The translations under genes were made by a program, and so were the position numbers. A DNA stretch of 64,000 nt from Actinomycetes bacterium. Its GTDB lineage: Bacteria > Actinomycetota > CALGFH01. Shown piece by piece: positions 18,438 through 26,604 of the stretch (position 1 is its first letter; each line of letters opens with the position of its first letter). The DNA lies in NCBI GenBank assembly GCA_036003705.1, contig DASYSE010000121.1, forward strand, positions 530-64,529, given 5' to 3'. Below the pieces are notes generated by a model that saw only the letters and a list, made by a program, of their open reading frames with translations, was not told where the DNA came from and did no database searches.

Positions 18438-19135
18438 CTGCCCGCCCCTCGGAGGGCGCGCAGCAGGGCGGCGCGCAGCGCGGCCGGGTCGGTGGCCGCG
18501 GCCACGCCCTGGTCGCCGGGGGCGATCGCGCGGGCCAGCAGCGCCTGGGCGCGGACCAGCCCGGCGGTGGTCGCGCCGGCGAGCTCGTCGACCAGCGCCG
18601 CCTGGCCGGGCGCATGGGCCCGGATCGCCTCCAGGTCGCGGGCGGCGCCGGCGTGGGCGCTGGCCAGGCCGGTGCCGGCGTGGGTGGCGTGGTGCGGGGT
18701 CAGCTGGGAGCCGGGTTCGACCACCAGGTGGTACAGGTAGGTGCCGACCCCGAGCACACGGCGGACCTCGCCGGGGTCCGGCCCGTCGGCCTCGGCGACC
18801 AGGCCGAGCACCGGCAGCACCACCGGGTCGAAGAAGCGCAGCTCCCAGGCCAGCCCGTCGGCCTGCCCGGTCAGCTCGACCTCCTGGCCGACCGGGGCCG
18901 GGAACCGCTCTTCGGTCCCGATCACGTGCAGGTTGCGGGCACCGGCGGCGGCAACGGTGAGGTGCCGGGCCGACAGCAGCGGCATCCGGGCCTGCTCGGC
19001 CGGGGGCAGCAGGCGGGCCTGGGCCAGGTAGGCCTCGTGGACGGCGGCCACGAAGTCGGCCATCGCCTGGCGCATCTGCTCCGGACCGGCCGCCGGGGCG
19101 GCCGGTGGAGGGGGCGGAGGATCGGTCCGGCGCAT
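18434..19135 (-). CDS. hypothetical protein, first gene of the meta-pathway operon
   Basis: ATG 19135 (MRRTDPPPPPP..). High GC3. I recognise no motif. Start uncertain. Confidence 0.55.
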   Translation of the reverse strand: MRRTDPPPPPPAAPAAGPEQMRQAMADFVAAVHEAYLAQARLLPPAEQARMPLLSARHLTVAAAGARNLHVIGTEERFPAPVGQEVELTGQADGLAWELRFFDPVVLPVLGLVAEADGPDPGEVRRVLGVGTYLYHLVVEPGSQLTPHHATHAGTGLASAHAGAARDLEAIRAHAPGQAALVDELAGATTAGLVRAQALLARAIAPGDQGVAAATDPAALRAALLRALRGAGR

Positions 19136-19136
19136 C

Positions 19137-19200
19137 GTCCCGCGACCATAGCCCACGTTCCTCCATGCGGGAAGGGACGCTATCCCGCGGAGCGGGACGC
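19137..19200. promoter_or_regulatory. repeated GCGGGAC-type motif in the divergent promoter region (candidate IclR operator)
   Basis: GTCCCGCG at 19137-19144 (inverted). GGGACGC at 19174-19180 and 19194-19200 (20 bp apart). TAACTT -10-like hexamer at 19205-19210. Confidence 0.3.
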
Positions 19201-19250
19201 ACCGTAACTTCTCCCCAGCGGTGCAGCCGCCGCTGTGGGAAGGAGCGCGC

Positions 19251-20162
19251 ATGGGGATCCTCCGGCTGTCGCACGTGGACGTGCGGGTGCCCGACCTGGA
19301 CCTCGCCACCGCCTACTACACCGAGGTCATGGGCCTGCTCGAGGTCGAGCGGAACGCCACCGAGGTGTTCCTCAAGTGCTGGGACGAGACCGACCACCAC
19401 TCGGTGCGGCTCGGCTACGCGCCCCGGGTCGGTCTGGACCTGATCAGCTTCAAGGTCGAGCAGGACGAGGACCTGGCCGTGCTCGAGTCCCGGGTGGAGG
19501 CCTACGGCCTGCCGGTGCGCCGGGTCTCCCGCGGCGAGGCCGTCGGCCAGGGCGAGTCGATCCGCTTCGAGACGCCATCGGGCCAGCTGATGGAGCTGGT
19601 CCGCGAGGTCGAGCGGGTCGGCGGGCTGCTGCCCAAGGTGAACCCGCCGCCGTTCCCGCCCCAGGGCCTGCGCGGCATCGCCCCGCCCCGGATCGACCAT
19701 GTGCTGGTCACCGCCGAGGAGGTCGGCGAGGCGACCCGCTTCTACATGGAGGTGCTGGGGTTCCGGCTGACCGAGCAGCTGCTGGACGGCAATGGCCACC
19801 AGATCGGCGTCTGGATGGAGCGCTCGCACTCCCCCCACGACCTGGCCGTGGTCACCGGGCCCAACGGCGGGCTGCACCATTTCGCGTTCTGGCTGGACGA
19901 CTGGGACCACGTCCGCAAGGCGGCCGACATCCTGGCCTACAACGGCGTCCAGATCGACGTCGGCCCGACCCGCCACGGGATCACCCGCGGCAACACCATC
20001 TACTTCTTCGATCCGCTGGGGACCCGCAACGAGGTCTTCACCGGCGGCTACCGGCCCGACCCGGACTTCCCCACCATCACCTGGACCGAGGACAACATCG
20101 GCCGGGCGATCTTCTACTACGAGGGCGACCTGAACGAACGGTTCATGAAGGTCCACACCTGA
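19251..20162 (+). CDS. catechol 2,3-dioxygenase (two-domain type I extradiol dioxygenase), copy 1
   Basis: ATG 19251 after GGAAGGAG. Motifs LSHVDVRVPDL, RIDHVLV, GGLHHFAFWLDDW, GNTIYFFDPLGTRNE. 303 aa. Confidence 0.9.
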   Translation: MGILRLSHVDVRVPDLDLATAYYTEVMGLLEVERNATEVFLKCWDETDHHSVRLGYAPRVGLDLISFKVEQDEDLAVLESRVEAYGLPVRRVSRGEAVGQGESIRFETPSGQLMELVREVERVGGLLPKVNPPPFPPQGLRGIAPPRIDHVLVTAEEVGEATRFYMEVLGFRLTEQLLDGNGHQIGVWMERSHSPHDLAVVTGPNGGLHHFAFWLDDWDHVRKAADILAYNGVQIDVGPTRHGITRGNTIYFFDPLGTRNEVFTGGYRPDPDFPTITWTEDNIGRAIFYYEGDLNERFMKVHT

Positions 20163-21073
20163 TGGGCATCCTGCGCCTGTCCCACGTCGAGGTCCGGGTC
20201 CCCGACCTGGAGCTGGCCACCGCCTACTACACCGAGGTGCTGGGGCTGCTGGAGACGGGCCGGGAGCCGGAGCGGGTGTTCCTCAAATGCTGGGACGAGC
20301 ACGAGCACCACTCGGTGATCCTGCGCTACGCCGCCACCTACGGGCTGGAGCACATGGGCTTCAAGGTCGAGCACGCCGACGATCTCGCCACCTACGAGCG
20401 GGCGGTCGAGCAGGACGGCGGCCGGGTGACCCGCCACGCCCGCGGCGAGCTGGCCCCTGGGCACGGCGAGGCGATCCGCTTCCAGACCCCGACCGGGCAC
20501 CGCTGCGAGCTGGTCTGGGGGATGGAGAAGGTCGGCAACCTGCTCCCCCGCACCAACCCGCCGCCCCGGCCGATGGGGCTGGTCGGGATCTCGCCGCCGC
20601 GGCTGGACCACATCTTCGTCACCGCCGAGGACGTCGACGAGGGCACCAGGTTCTTCCGCGACGTCCTCGGGTTCCGGCTGACCGAGCAGATCCTGGCCGA
20701 CGACGGGCACCGGCTGGCCAGCTGGCTGGAGGTGTCGCACACCCCCCACGACATCGCCCTGGTCACCGGGCCCAACGGCGGGCTGCACCATTTCGCGTTC
20801 TGGCTGGACGACTGGAACGACGTGCGCGACGCCGCCGACCTCCTCGCCTACCACGGGGTCCCCATCGACGCCGGCCCGACCCGCCACGGCGCCACCCGCG
20901 GCTACGCCGTCTACTTCTTCGACGCCGCCGGCAACCGCAACGAGGTGTTCACCGGCGGCTACTGGGTCGACCCCGACCACGAACCGGTCACCTGGACCGA
21001 GGCCGAGATGGGCCGAGCCATCTTCTACTACGAAGGCGCCGTCAACCAGCGGTTCCTGACCGTGCACAGCTGA
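20162..21073 (+). CDS. catechol 2,3-dioxygenase, copy 2 (tandem paralog)
   Basis: ATG 20162 shares one base with the copy 1 stop (TGATG). Same length (303 aa) and the same motifs as copy 1. Confidence 0.9.
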   Translation: MGILRLSHVEVRVPDLELATAYYTEVLGLLETGREPERVFLKCWDEHEHHSVILRYAATYGLEHMGFKVEHADDLATYERAVEQDGGRVTRHARGELAPGHGEAIRFQTPTGHRCELVWGMEKVGNLLPRTNPPPRPMGLVGISPPRLDHIFVTAEDVDEGTRFFRDVLGFRLTEQILADDGHRLASWLEVSHTPHDIALVTGPNGGLHHFAFWLDDWNDVRDAADLLAYHGVPIDAGPTRHGATRGYAVYFFDAAGNRNEVFTGGYWVDPDHEPVTWTEAEMGRAIFYYEGAVNQRFLTVHS

Positions 21074-21373
21074 GCCGACCGAAGGGCGGTGGGGCGAGGT
21101 GGCCGAGGACCCGTCGCGCGAGCGCGACCGGCAGGCGCTGCCCCGCACCGAGCGTCCCGACGCGCCGCTGTACCTGGCCAGCTATCTGCGGCGGCGTGCA
21201 AGGACGACCCCCGAGGCGGAAGAGGACGCCGACGCCACCACCCCGCTGTACCTGCGCCGGTTCCGGGAGCGGCGGGCCGACCGGACGCCCCGGACGCGCC
21301 GCCGCCGGTCTGGAACGGCGAACCGCTGGAGGTCACCCGGGCCTGGGCCGAGATCACCCGAACCAAGGAGATC

Positions 21374-22159
21374 GTGCCACCGACGGCCGGCAGCTACCGG
21401 GTCGCCGCCCAGATCCACATCATCCGGCACGGCGAGACCCAGGGGTACTCCACCGAGAGCGGCCTGACCCCGCTCGGCGGCTGGCAGGCGCACCGGCGCG
21501 GGTTCGACCTGTCCAAGGGCATCCGCGACGGCGAACAGGTCCGGATCGTCTGCGCCGACACCAACCGGGCCCGCCAGACGGCCGAGCACCTCCACCGCGG
21601 CCTGCTGGACGGCCTGGACATGTGGCGGCGCGACGCCAAGGTGACCGAGCCCCGGCCGATGGCGGAGTTCCGCAACTTCCAGGTGGCCACCCCGGCAGGC
21701 CTGCGCGACGTGACCAGCGCGTTCCGGATGTACCACGCGCTGATGGAGGGCTTCGAGCGGGTCGCCCTCGGGGACCGCCCGATGTGGCTGGTCGAGCTGG
21801 ACCGTTTCTGGAACGTCCAGCAGGGCGGCGCCGACCCCATCCACCACTGGATGACCATCCCGATGCTGCATTTCGAGCCGCCGGCCAGCTGCGTGCGCCG
21901 GTTCTGGGCCGGGTTCCAGCGGCTGGTCGACGAGGCGCCGGGCGTGCGCATCCTGTGCGCCACCCACTCCGGCCCGATCCGCGCGTTCGCCGCCTGGGCG
22001 GTCGGCTACGACCCGGGCGAGCCCTACAACACCGAGGAAGTGGTGGTGAAGCTGAAGGAGGGCGCCGGCGAGGCCCTGGTCGCCTACCGTAACCGGGTGC
22101 AGGAGGTGCAGGTCCCGCCGACGGCCGGCCTGCCCGACTGGTGGGAGGGGATCCCATGA
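21374..22159 (+). CDS. histidine phosphatase (phosphoglycerate mutase-like) family protein
   Basis: GTG 21374 after AAGGAG. RHGETQGY catalytic motif near the N-terminus, ..CATHSGPIRAF... The upstream part of track ORF 21089.. has poor GC3. Start uncertain. Confidence 0.65.
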   Translation: MPPTAGSYRVAAQIHIIRHGETQGYSTESGLTPLGGWQAHRRGFDLSKGIRDGEQVRIVCADTNRARQTAEHLHRGLLDGLDMWRRDAKVTEPRPMAEFRNFQVATPAGLRDVTSAFRMYHALMEGFERVALGDRPMWLVELDRFWNVQQGGADPIHHWMTIPMLHFEPPASCVRRFWAGFQRLVDEAPGVRILCATHSGPIRAFAAWAVGYDPGEPYNTEEVVVKLKEGAGEALVAYRNRVQEVQVPPTAGLPDWWEGIP

Positions 22160-23242
22160 GCTTCGTGCGCTGGCTCGACGCCTACGACCCGGCCGAGCGG
22201 GACCGGCTGGGCGGCAAGAACGCCGGCCTCGGCGAGCTGCTGGCCGCCGGGCTGCCGGTGCCGCCCGGGTTCGCGGTCACCGTCGACGCTACCACACGGT
22301 CCGCGAGCACGCCGAGGTCCGGCGGGTGGTCGGGGGGCTGCTCGGTGAGGTCGACCTCGCCGACCCGGCCGCGATGGAGGAGCTCAGCGCCGCCATCCGC
22401 GGCTGCATCGAGCAGGTCCCGCTGCACGACGGCGTCGCCAGGGAGGTCCGCGCCGCCTACGACGCCCTGTGCGAGCGCTGCGCCAGCCAGGCGGTGCCGG
22501 TGGCGGTTCGTTCCTCGGCCACCTCCGAGGACCTGCCCGACGCCAGCTTCGCCGGTGAGCACGACACCTTCCTGTGGGTGCGCGGCCCCGACGACGTCCT
22601 GGCCTACCTGACCCGCTGCTGGTCCAGCCTGTTCACCGCCCGTGCGATCGCCTACCGACGCGAGCGGGGCTACGCCCACGACGTGGTCGCCATGTCGGTC
22701 GGGGTGCAGAAGATGGTCCGCCCCAAGGCGTCCGGGGTGGCGTTCACCCTCAACCCCAGCGACGGCGACCGCTCCCAGGTGGCGGTCGAGGCGGCCTGGG
22801 GGTTCGGCGAGGGCGTCGTCTCGGGCGAGGTGACCCCCGACAGCTTCCTGGTCGACAAGGTCCTGGGCGAGATCGTCAAGCGCACCATCGCCGACAAGTC
22901 CATGGAGTATCGGCTGGGCCCGGGCGACCGGGTGGAGCTGGTGGCGGTGGACGACGCCCGGCGCGCCGCCCCGTCCCTGACCGACGACCAGGTCAAGGCG
23001 GTGGCGCGGCTGGCCCGGCGGGCCGAGCGGCATTACGGCTGCCCCCAGGACGTGGAGTGGGCGTCGACGCCGACCTGCCCGAGGAGTCGGCCGTGACCCT
23101 GCTCCAGGCCCGCCCGGAGACGGTCTGGAGCCGCCGGCCGGCCAAGCCCGTGGCCAGGACCCATGACCCGATGGCCAGCATCGTCGCCACCCTGCTGTCG
23201 CCGCTGCACGCACGTGGACGCTCGGACCCGCCCGGGCCGTGA
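22156..23242 (+). pseudogene. PEP synthase N-terminal (ATP-grasp, PEP/pyruvate-binding family) subunit, PpsB-like, with two -1 frame breaks
   Basis: ATGA overlap with the phosphatase stop. Three consecutive frames carry GGKNAGLGELLAAGLPVPPGFAVT | YHTVREH..VRSSATSEDLPDASFAGEHDTF..QDVEWA | VDADLPEESAVTLLQARPETVW. Breaks lie at about 22289/22290 and 23062/23063. Confidence 0.75.
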
Positions 23243-23269
23243 CCCGGGCTCGACGGAAAGGACAGGGCC

Positions 23270-25084
23270 ATGGCGGACCGGTTCCCGAGCCCCTTCGGGC
23301 TCGAGACCCCGGCGGGGGCCGAGGGGTGGCAGGAGCTGTACACCTACTCGCTGCCGTTCAGCTCCGACCGGCGCGAGTACGAGGACTCGATGTTCTGGTT
23401 CCAGGACGGGGTCCACTGGCCGGAGGTCCTGAGCCCCTGGGACGCCACCTTCCTGGAGTTCGCGCTGGCCTCGCTGTCGCAGTACAACACCCGCCACTAC
23501 CTGATCCCGCCGGCCCTTGGGGTCGACTTCCGGGTGCTCAACGGCTACGTGTTCCTCTCCCCGGTCGGGGTGGCCGACCCGGCCGAGATCGAGGCCAGGG
23601 TCCCCCATTTCCTGGAGCGGGCCGGCTTCTACTTCCAGAACTGGGGGTCGCTGTACGAGCAGTGGATGGTCAAGATCCGCGGGCTGATCGACGAGATGGA
23701 GGCGCTCCGCTTCGAGCCCCTGCCCGACAAGGAGGACCTGGCCGTCGTCACCGAGGGCCGCGGCGTCGGCTCCGGCTTCGAGCTGCAGCGGCAGTACCAC
23801 CGGCTGGTCGACCTGGCCCTGCAGCTGTGGCAGTACCACTTCGAGTTCCTCAACCTCGGCTACGCCGCCTACCTGGACTTCTTCGGCTTCTGCAAGCAGG
23901 CCTTCCCCAGCATCCCCGACCTGGCCATCGCCAAGATGGTCGCCGGGGTCGAGGTCGACCTGTTCCAGCCCGACGAGGAGCTGAAGAAGCTGGCCCGCCT
24001 GGCCGTCGACTCCCGCGTCGACGGCGCCTTCGGGCAGACCTCGGCCGCGGAGGTGATGGAGGCCCTGCGGGGCAGCGACGGCGGCCAGGCATGGCTGGCC
24101 CAGTGGGAGGCGTCGGCGCAGCCGTGGTTCAACTTCTCCTCGGGCAGCGGCTTCTACCACACCGACGAGGTGTGGCTGGAGCACCTGGAGATCCCGTTCG
24201 GGTTCGTGCGCGACTACATCGCCAAGCTGCGGACCGGGGCCGACATCAGCCGGCCGATCGAGGCCATCCGGGCCGAGCGCGACCGGATCGTGGCCGAGTA
24301 CGGCGAGCTGCTGGCCACCGACGAGGACCGGGCCGCCTTCGAGCAGAAGCTCGGCCTGGCCCGGGTGGTGTTCCCCTACGTCGAGAACCACAACTTCTAC
24401 GTCGAGCACTGGAGCCACTCGGTGCTGTGGCGCAAGATGCGCCAGCTCGGCGGCGTCCTGGCCAAGGAGGGCTTCTTCGGCGGCGAGGACGACATCTTCC
24501 TGCTCAAGCGGGACGAGGTGCCGGAGGCGCTGTGGGACTACTACAGCGCCTGGGCGGTCGGGGTGGCACCACGGGGGCCGCGCTACTGGGGCAGGGAGCT
24601 TGAGCGCCGCCGCGGCATCCTGGCCGCGCTGCGGTCCTGGTCGCCGCCGCCGGCCCTTGGCCGCCCGCCCGAGGTCGTCACCGAGCCGTTCACCATCATG
24701 CTCTGGGGGATCACCGGCGAGAGCGTCAAGCAGTGGCTCGGCTCCTCCGACGCCGCGGGCGACGGCGGCCTCAGGGGCTTCGCCGCCTCCCCCGGCGTGG
24801 CCGAGGGCCCGGCCAGGGTGATCTTCTCGGCCGACCAGATCGGCGAGGTGCAGGAGGGCGAGATCCTGGTCGCCCCCCTCACCGCCCCGAGCTGGGCGCC
24901 GATCTTCGGCAAGATCGGCGCCACCGTCACCGACGTCGGCGGGATGATGGCCCATGCGGCCATCGTCTGCCGCGAGTACGGGCTGCCCGCCGTGACCGGC
25001 ACGGCCTTCGGGACCAAGACCATCAAGACCGGCCAGCGCATCCGCGTGGACGGCAACCAGGGCACCGTCACCATCCTGGAGTGA
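23270..25084 (+). CDS. PEP-utilizing enzyme with C-terminal mobile phosphohistidine domain, PpsA-like
   Basis: Track ORF of 604 aa. The C-terminal ~110 aa (GVAEGPARVI..GEILVAPLTAPSWAPIFGKIGATVTDVGGMMAHAAIVCREYGLPAV) look like a swivel His domain. I do not recognise the N-terminal ~480 aa. Confidence 0.8.
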   Translation: MADRFPSPFGLETPAGAEGWQELYTYSLPFSSDRREYEDSMFWFQDGVHWPEVLSPWDATFLEFALASLSQYNTRHYLIPPALGVDFRVLNGYVFLSPVGVADPAEIEARVPHFLERAGFYFQNWGSLYEQWMVKIRGLIDEMEALRFEPLPDKEDLAVVTEGRGVGSGFELQRQYHRLVDLALQLWQYHFEFLNLGYAAYLDFFGFCKQAFPSIPDLAIAKMVAGVEVDLFQPDEELKKLARLAVDSRVDGAFGQTSAAEVMEALRGSDGGQAWLAQWEASAQPWFNFSSGSGFYHTDEVWLEHLEIPFGFVRDYIAKLRTGADISRPIEAIRAERDRIVAEYGELLATDEDRAAFEQKLGLARVVFPYVENHNFYVEHWSHSVLWRKMRQLGGVLAKEGFFGGEDDIFLLKRDEVPEALWDYYSAWAVGVAPRGPRYWGRELERRRGILAALRSWSPPPALGRPPEVVTEPFTIMLWGITGESVKQWLGSSDAAGDGGLRGFAASPGVAEGPARVIFSADQIGEVQEGEILVAPLTAPSWAPIFGKIGATVTDVGGMMAHAAIVCREYGLPAVTGTAFGTKTIKTGQRIRVDGNQGTVTILE

Positions 25085-25100
25085 GACAAGGGGAGGCCGC

Positions 25101-26366
25101 ATGCTGACCGCCGAACAGAACGCCGAGCTCACCCGGGTCGGGCCGGGGAGGCCAATGGGCGAGCTCCTGCGCCGCTACTGGTACCCGGTCGCGTTCACCC
25201 GCCAGCTCGACCAGTTCCCGGTCAGGCGGGTGCGGCTGCTCGGCGAGGACTGGGCCCTCTACCGGAGCTCGGACGGCGCCTACGGGGTGGTCGAGGAGCA
25301 CTGCCCGCACCGGCGGGCGTCCCTGGCCTACGGGGTGGTCGAGGCCGACGGGATCCGCTGCGGCTACCACGGCTGGCTGTTCGGCCGCGACGGGACCTGC
25401 CTGGACCAGCCGGCCGAGATGGACAAGACCTCCTTCAAGAACCGGGTCAGGGCCAGGGCCGGGCGGGCCGAGGAGCTGGGCGGCATGGTCTGGGTGTATG
25501 TGGGCCCGGAGCCGGCGCCGCTGCTGCCCCGCTACGACGTGTACGTGATGGACGGGGTGCGTGACTTCGGCCATGCGCTGCTGCCCTGCAACTGGCTGCA
25601 GATCATGGAGAACGCGGTCGACCCGCACCATGTCGAGTGGCTGCACGGCCGCTACTTCGAGTTCCTCGGCAACCGGCTCGGGTTCGAAGCCCCCAAGTCG
25701 TTCCAGCGCCGGCACGTCAAGGTCGCCTTCGACGAGTTCGAGCACGGCATCATCAAACGCCGGCTGCTGGAGGGGCACACCGAGGCCGACGACGACTGGG
25801 CGATCGGGCACCCGCTGGTGTTCCCCTACTGCATGCGGGTCGGCGGCGCCGGCATCGACCAGATGCAGATCCGGGTCCCGGTCGACGACACCACCACCTG
25901 GTTCGTGCTGTACACGGTGCACGCGCCGGAGGGGGCCGGGGTCGAGCCGCAGCAGGCGATCCCCGACTACCAGCTGCCCTGGCGCGACGAGCAGGGCAAC
26001 CACATCGTGGACTACGTGGAGGGCCAGGACATCATGGCCTGGGTCACCCAGGGCCCGATCACCGACCGGACGGTCGAGCACCTGGGCAAGTCCGACGTCG
26101 GCATCGCCATGCTCCGCAAGCAGTTCAAGCAGCAGCTGGCGGCGGTGGCCGCCGGCCGCGACCCGATCGCGGTGGTGCGCGACCCCGCCGCCAACCGGCG
26201 CATCGACCTGCCCTGCGAGAAGAACAAGTTCGGGGCCGGTGCCGACTTCGCCCTCCAGTGGATGAACCTCGGCTTCACCCGCTACTCGCCGCAGCTCAAG
26301 GACCTGCTGCGCCTGCACACCGACGCAGCCGCGGCCCGGGCCGCGGCGGTCGGGGCCGATGTCTAG
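25101..26366 (+). CDS. Rieske non-heme iron oxygenase alpha subunit, phthalate-dioxygenase-like family
   Basis: ATG after GGGGAGG. N-terminal LTRVGPGRPMGELLRRYWYPV; Rieske CPHRRASL..CGYHGW; iron site-like NAVDPHHVEWLH. Confidence 0.85.
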   Translation: MLTAEQNAELTRVGPGRPMGELLRRYWYPVAFTRQLDQFPVRRVRLLGEDWALYRSSDGAYGVVEEHCPHRRASLAYGVVEADGIRCGYHGWLFGRDGTCLDQPAEMDKTSFKNRVRARAGRAEELGGMVWVYVGPEPAPLLPRYDVYVMDGVRDFGHALLPCNWLQIMENAVDPHHVEWLHGRYFEFLGNRLGFEAPKSFQRRHVKVAFDEFEHGIIKRRLLEGHTEADDDWAIGHPLVFPYCMRVGGAGIDQMQIRVPVDDTTTWFVLYTVHAPEGAGVEPQQAIPDYQLPWRDEQGNHIVDYVEGQDIMAWVTQGPITDRTVEHLGKSDVGIAMLRKQFKQQLAAVAAGRDPIAVVRDPAANRRIDLPCEKNKFGAGADFALQWMNLGFTRYSPQLKDLLRLHTDAAAARAAAVGADV

Positions 26367-26604
26367 CGTGCCGGCCGCCCCGCCGGCCGGGCCGTCGTGG
26401 TTCGCCGGCGACGCCGAGCGTCACCTGCTCGACGCTCCGAGGCACTGCCCGCACTGCGGCGGGCCGATCGGCGGGCGGGCCGGTCTGGTGGTGGAGTACT
26501 GGGTGGCCGACGACCGCGTCTTCTACTGCTGGTGCCAGGCGTGCGACTGGACCGGGACCGTCATCCAGGTCGAGCGCCACGTCGGCCACGAGGCGGCCGG
26601 GTAG
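26359..26604 (+). CDS. small Cys-rich (zinc-ribbon-like) protein
   Basis: Track ORF of 81 aa. Its ATG overlaps the oxygenase end by 8 nt. CPHC ... CWCQAC. Confidence 0.5.
   Translation: MSSVPAAPPAGPSWFAGDAERHLLDAPRHCPHCGGPIGGRAGLVVEYWVADDRVFYCWCQACDWTGTVIQVERHVGHEAAG

Noticed and set aside
21089-21373. GTG 21089 as the start of the histidine phosphatase (track ORF of 356 aa).
   Set aside because: The first ~60 codons in that frame are Arg/Gly/Ala-rich with many A/T third positions, whereas the RHGET motif normally lies near the N-terminus. GTG 21374 with AAGGAG upstream fits better, although the SD spacing is short.
22282-23070. Programmed -1 ribosomal frameshifting as the explanation for the two frame changes in the PpsB-like gene.
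   Set aside because: There is no X XXY YYZ slippery heptamer at either site and no obvious downstream stem-loop or pseudoknot. Two independent programmed sites in one gene would have no precedent.
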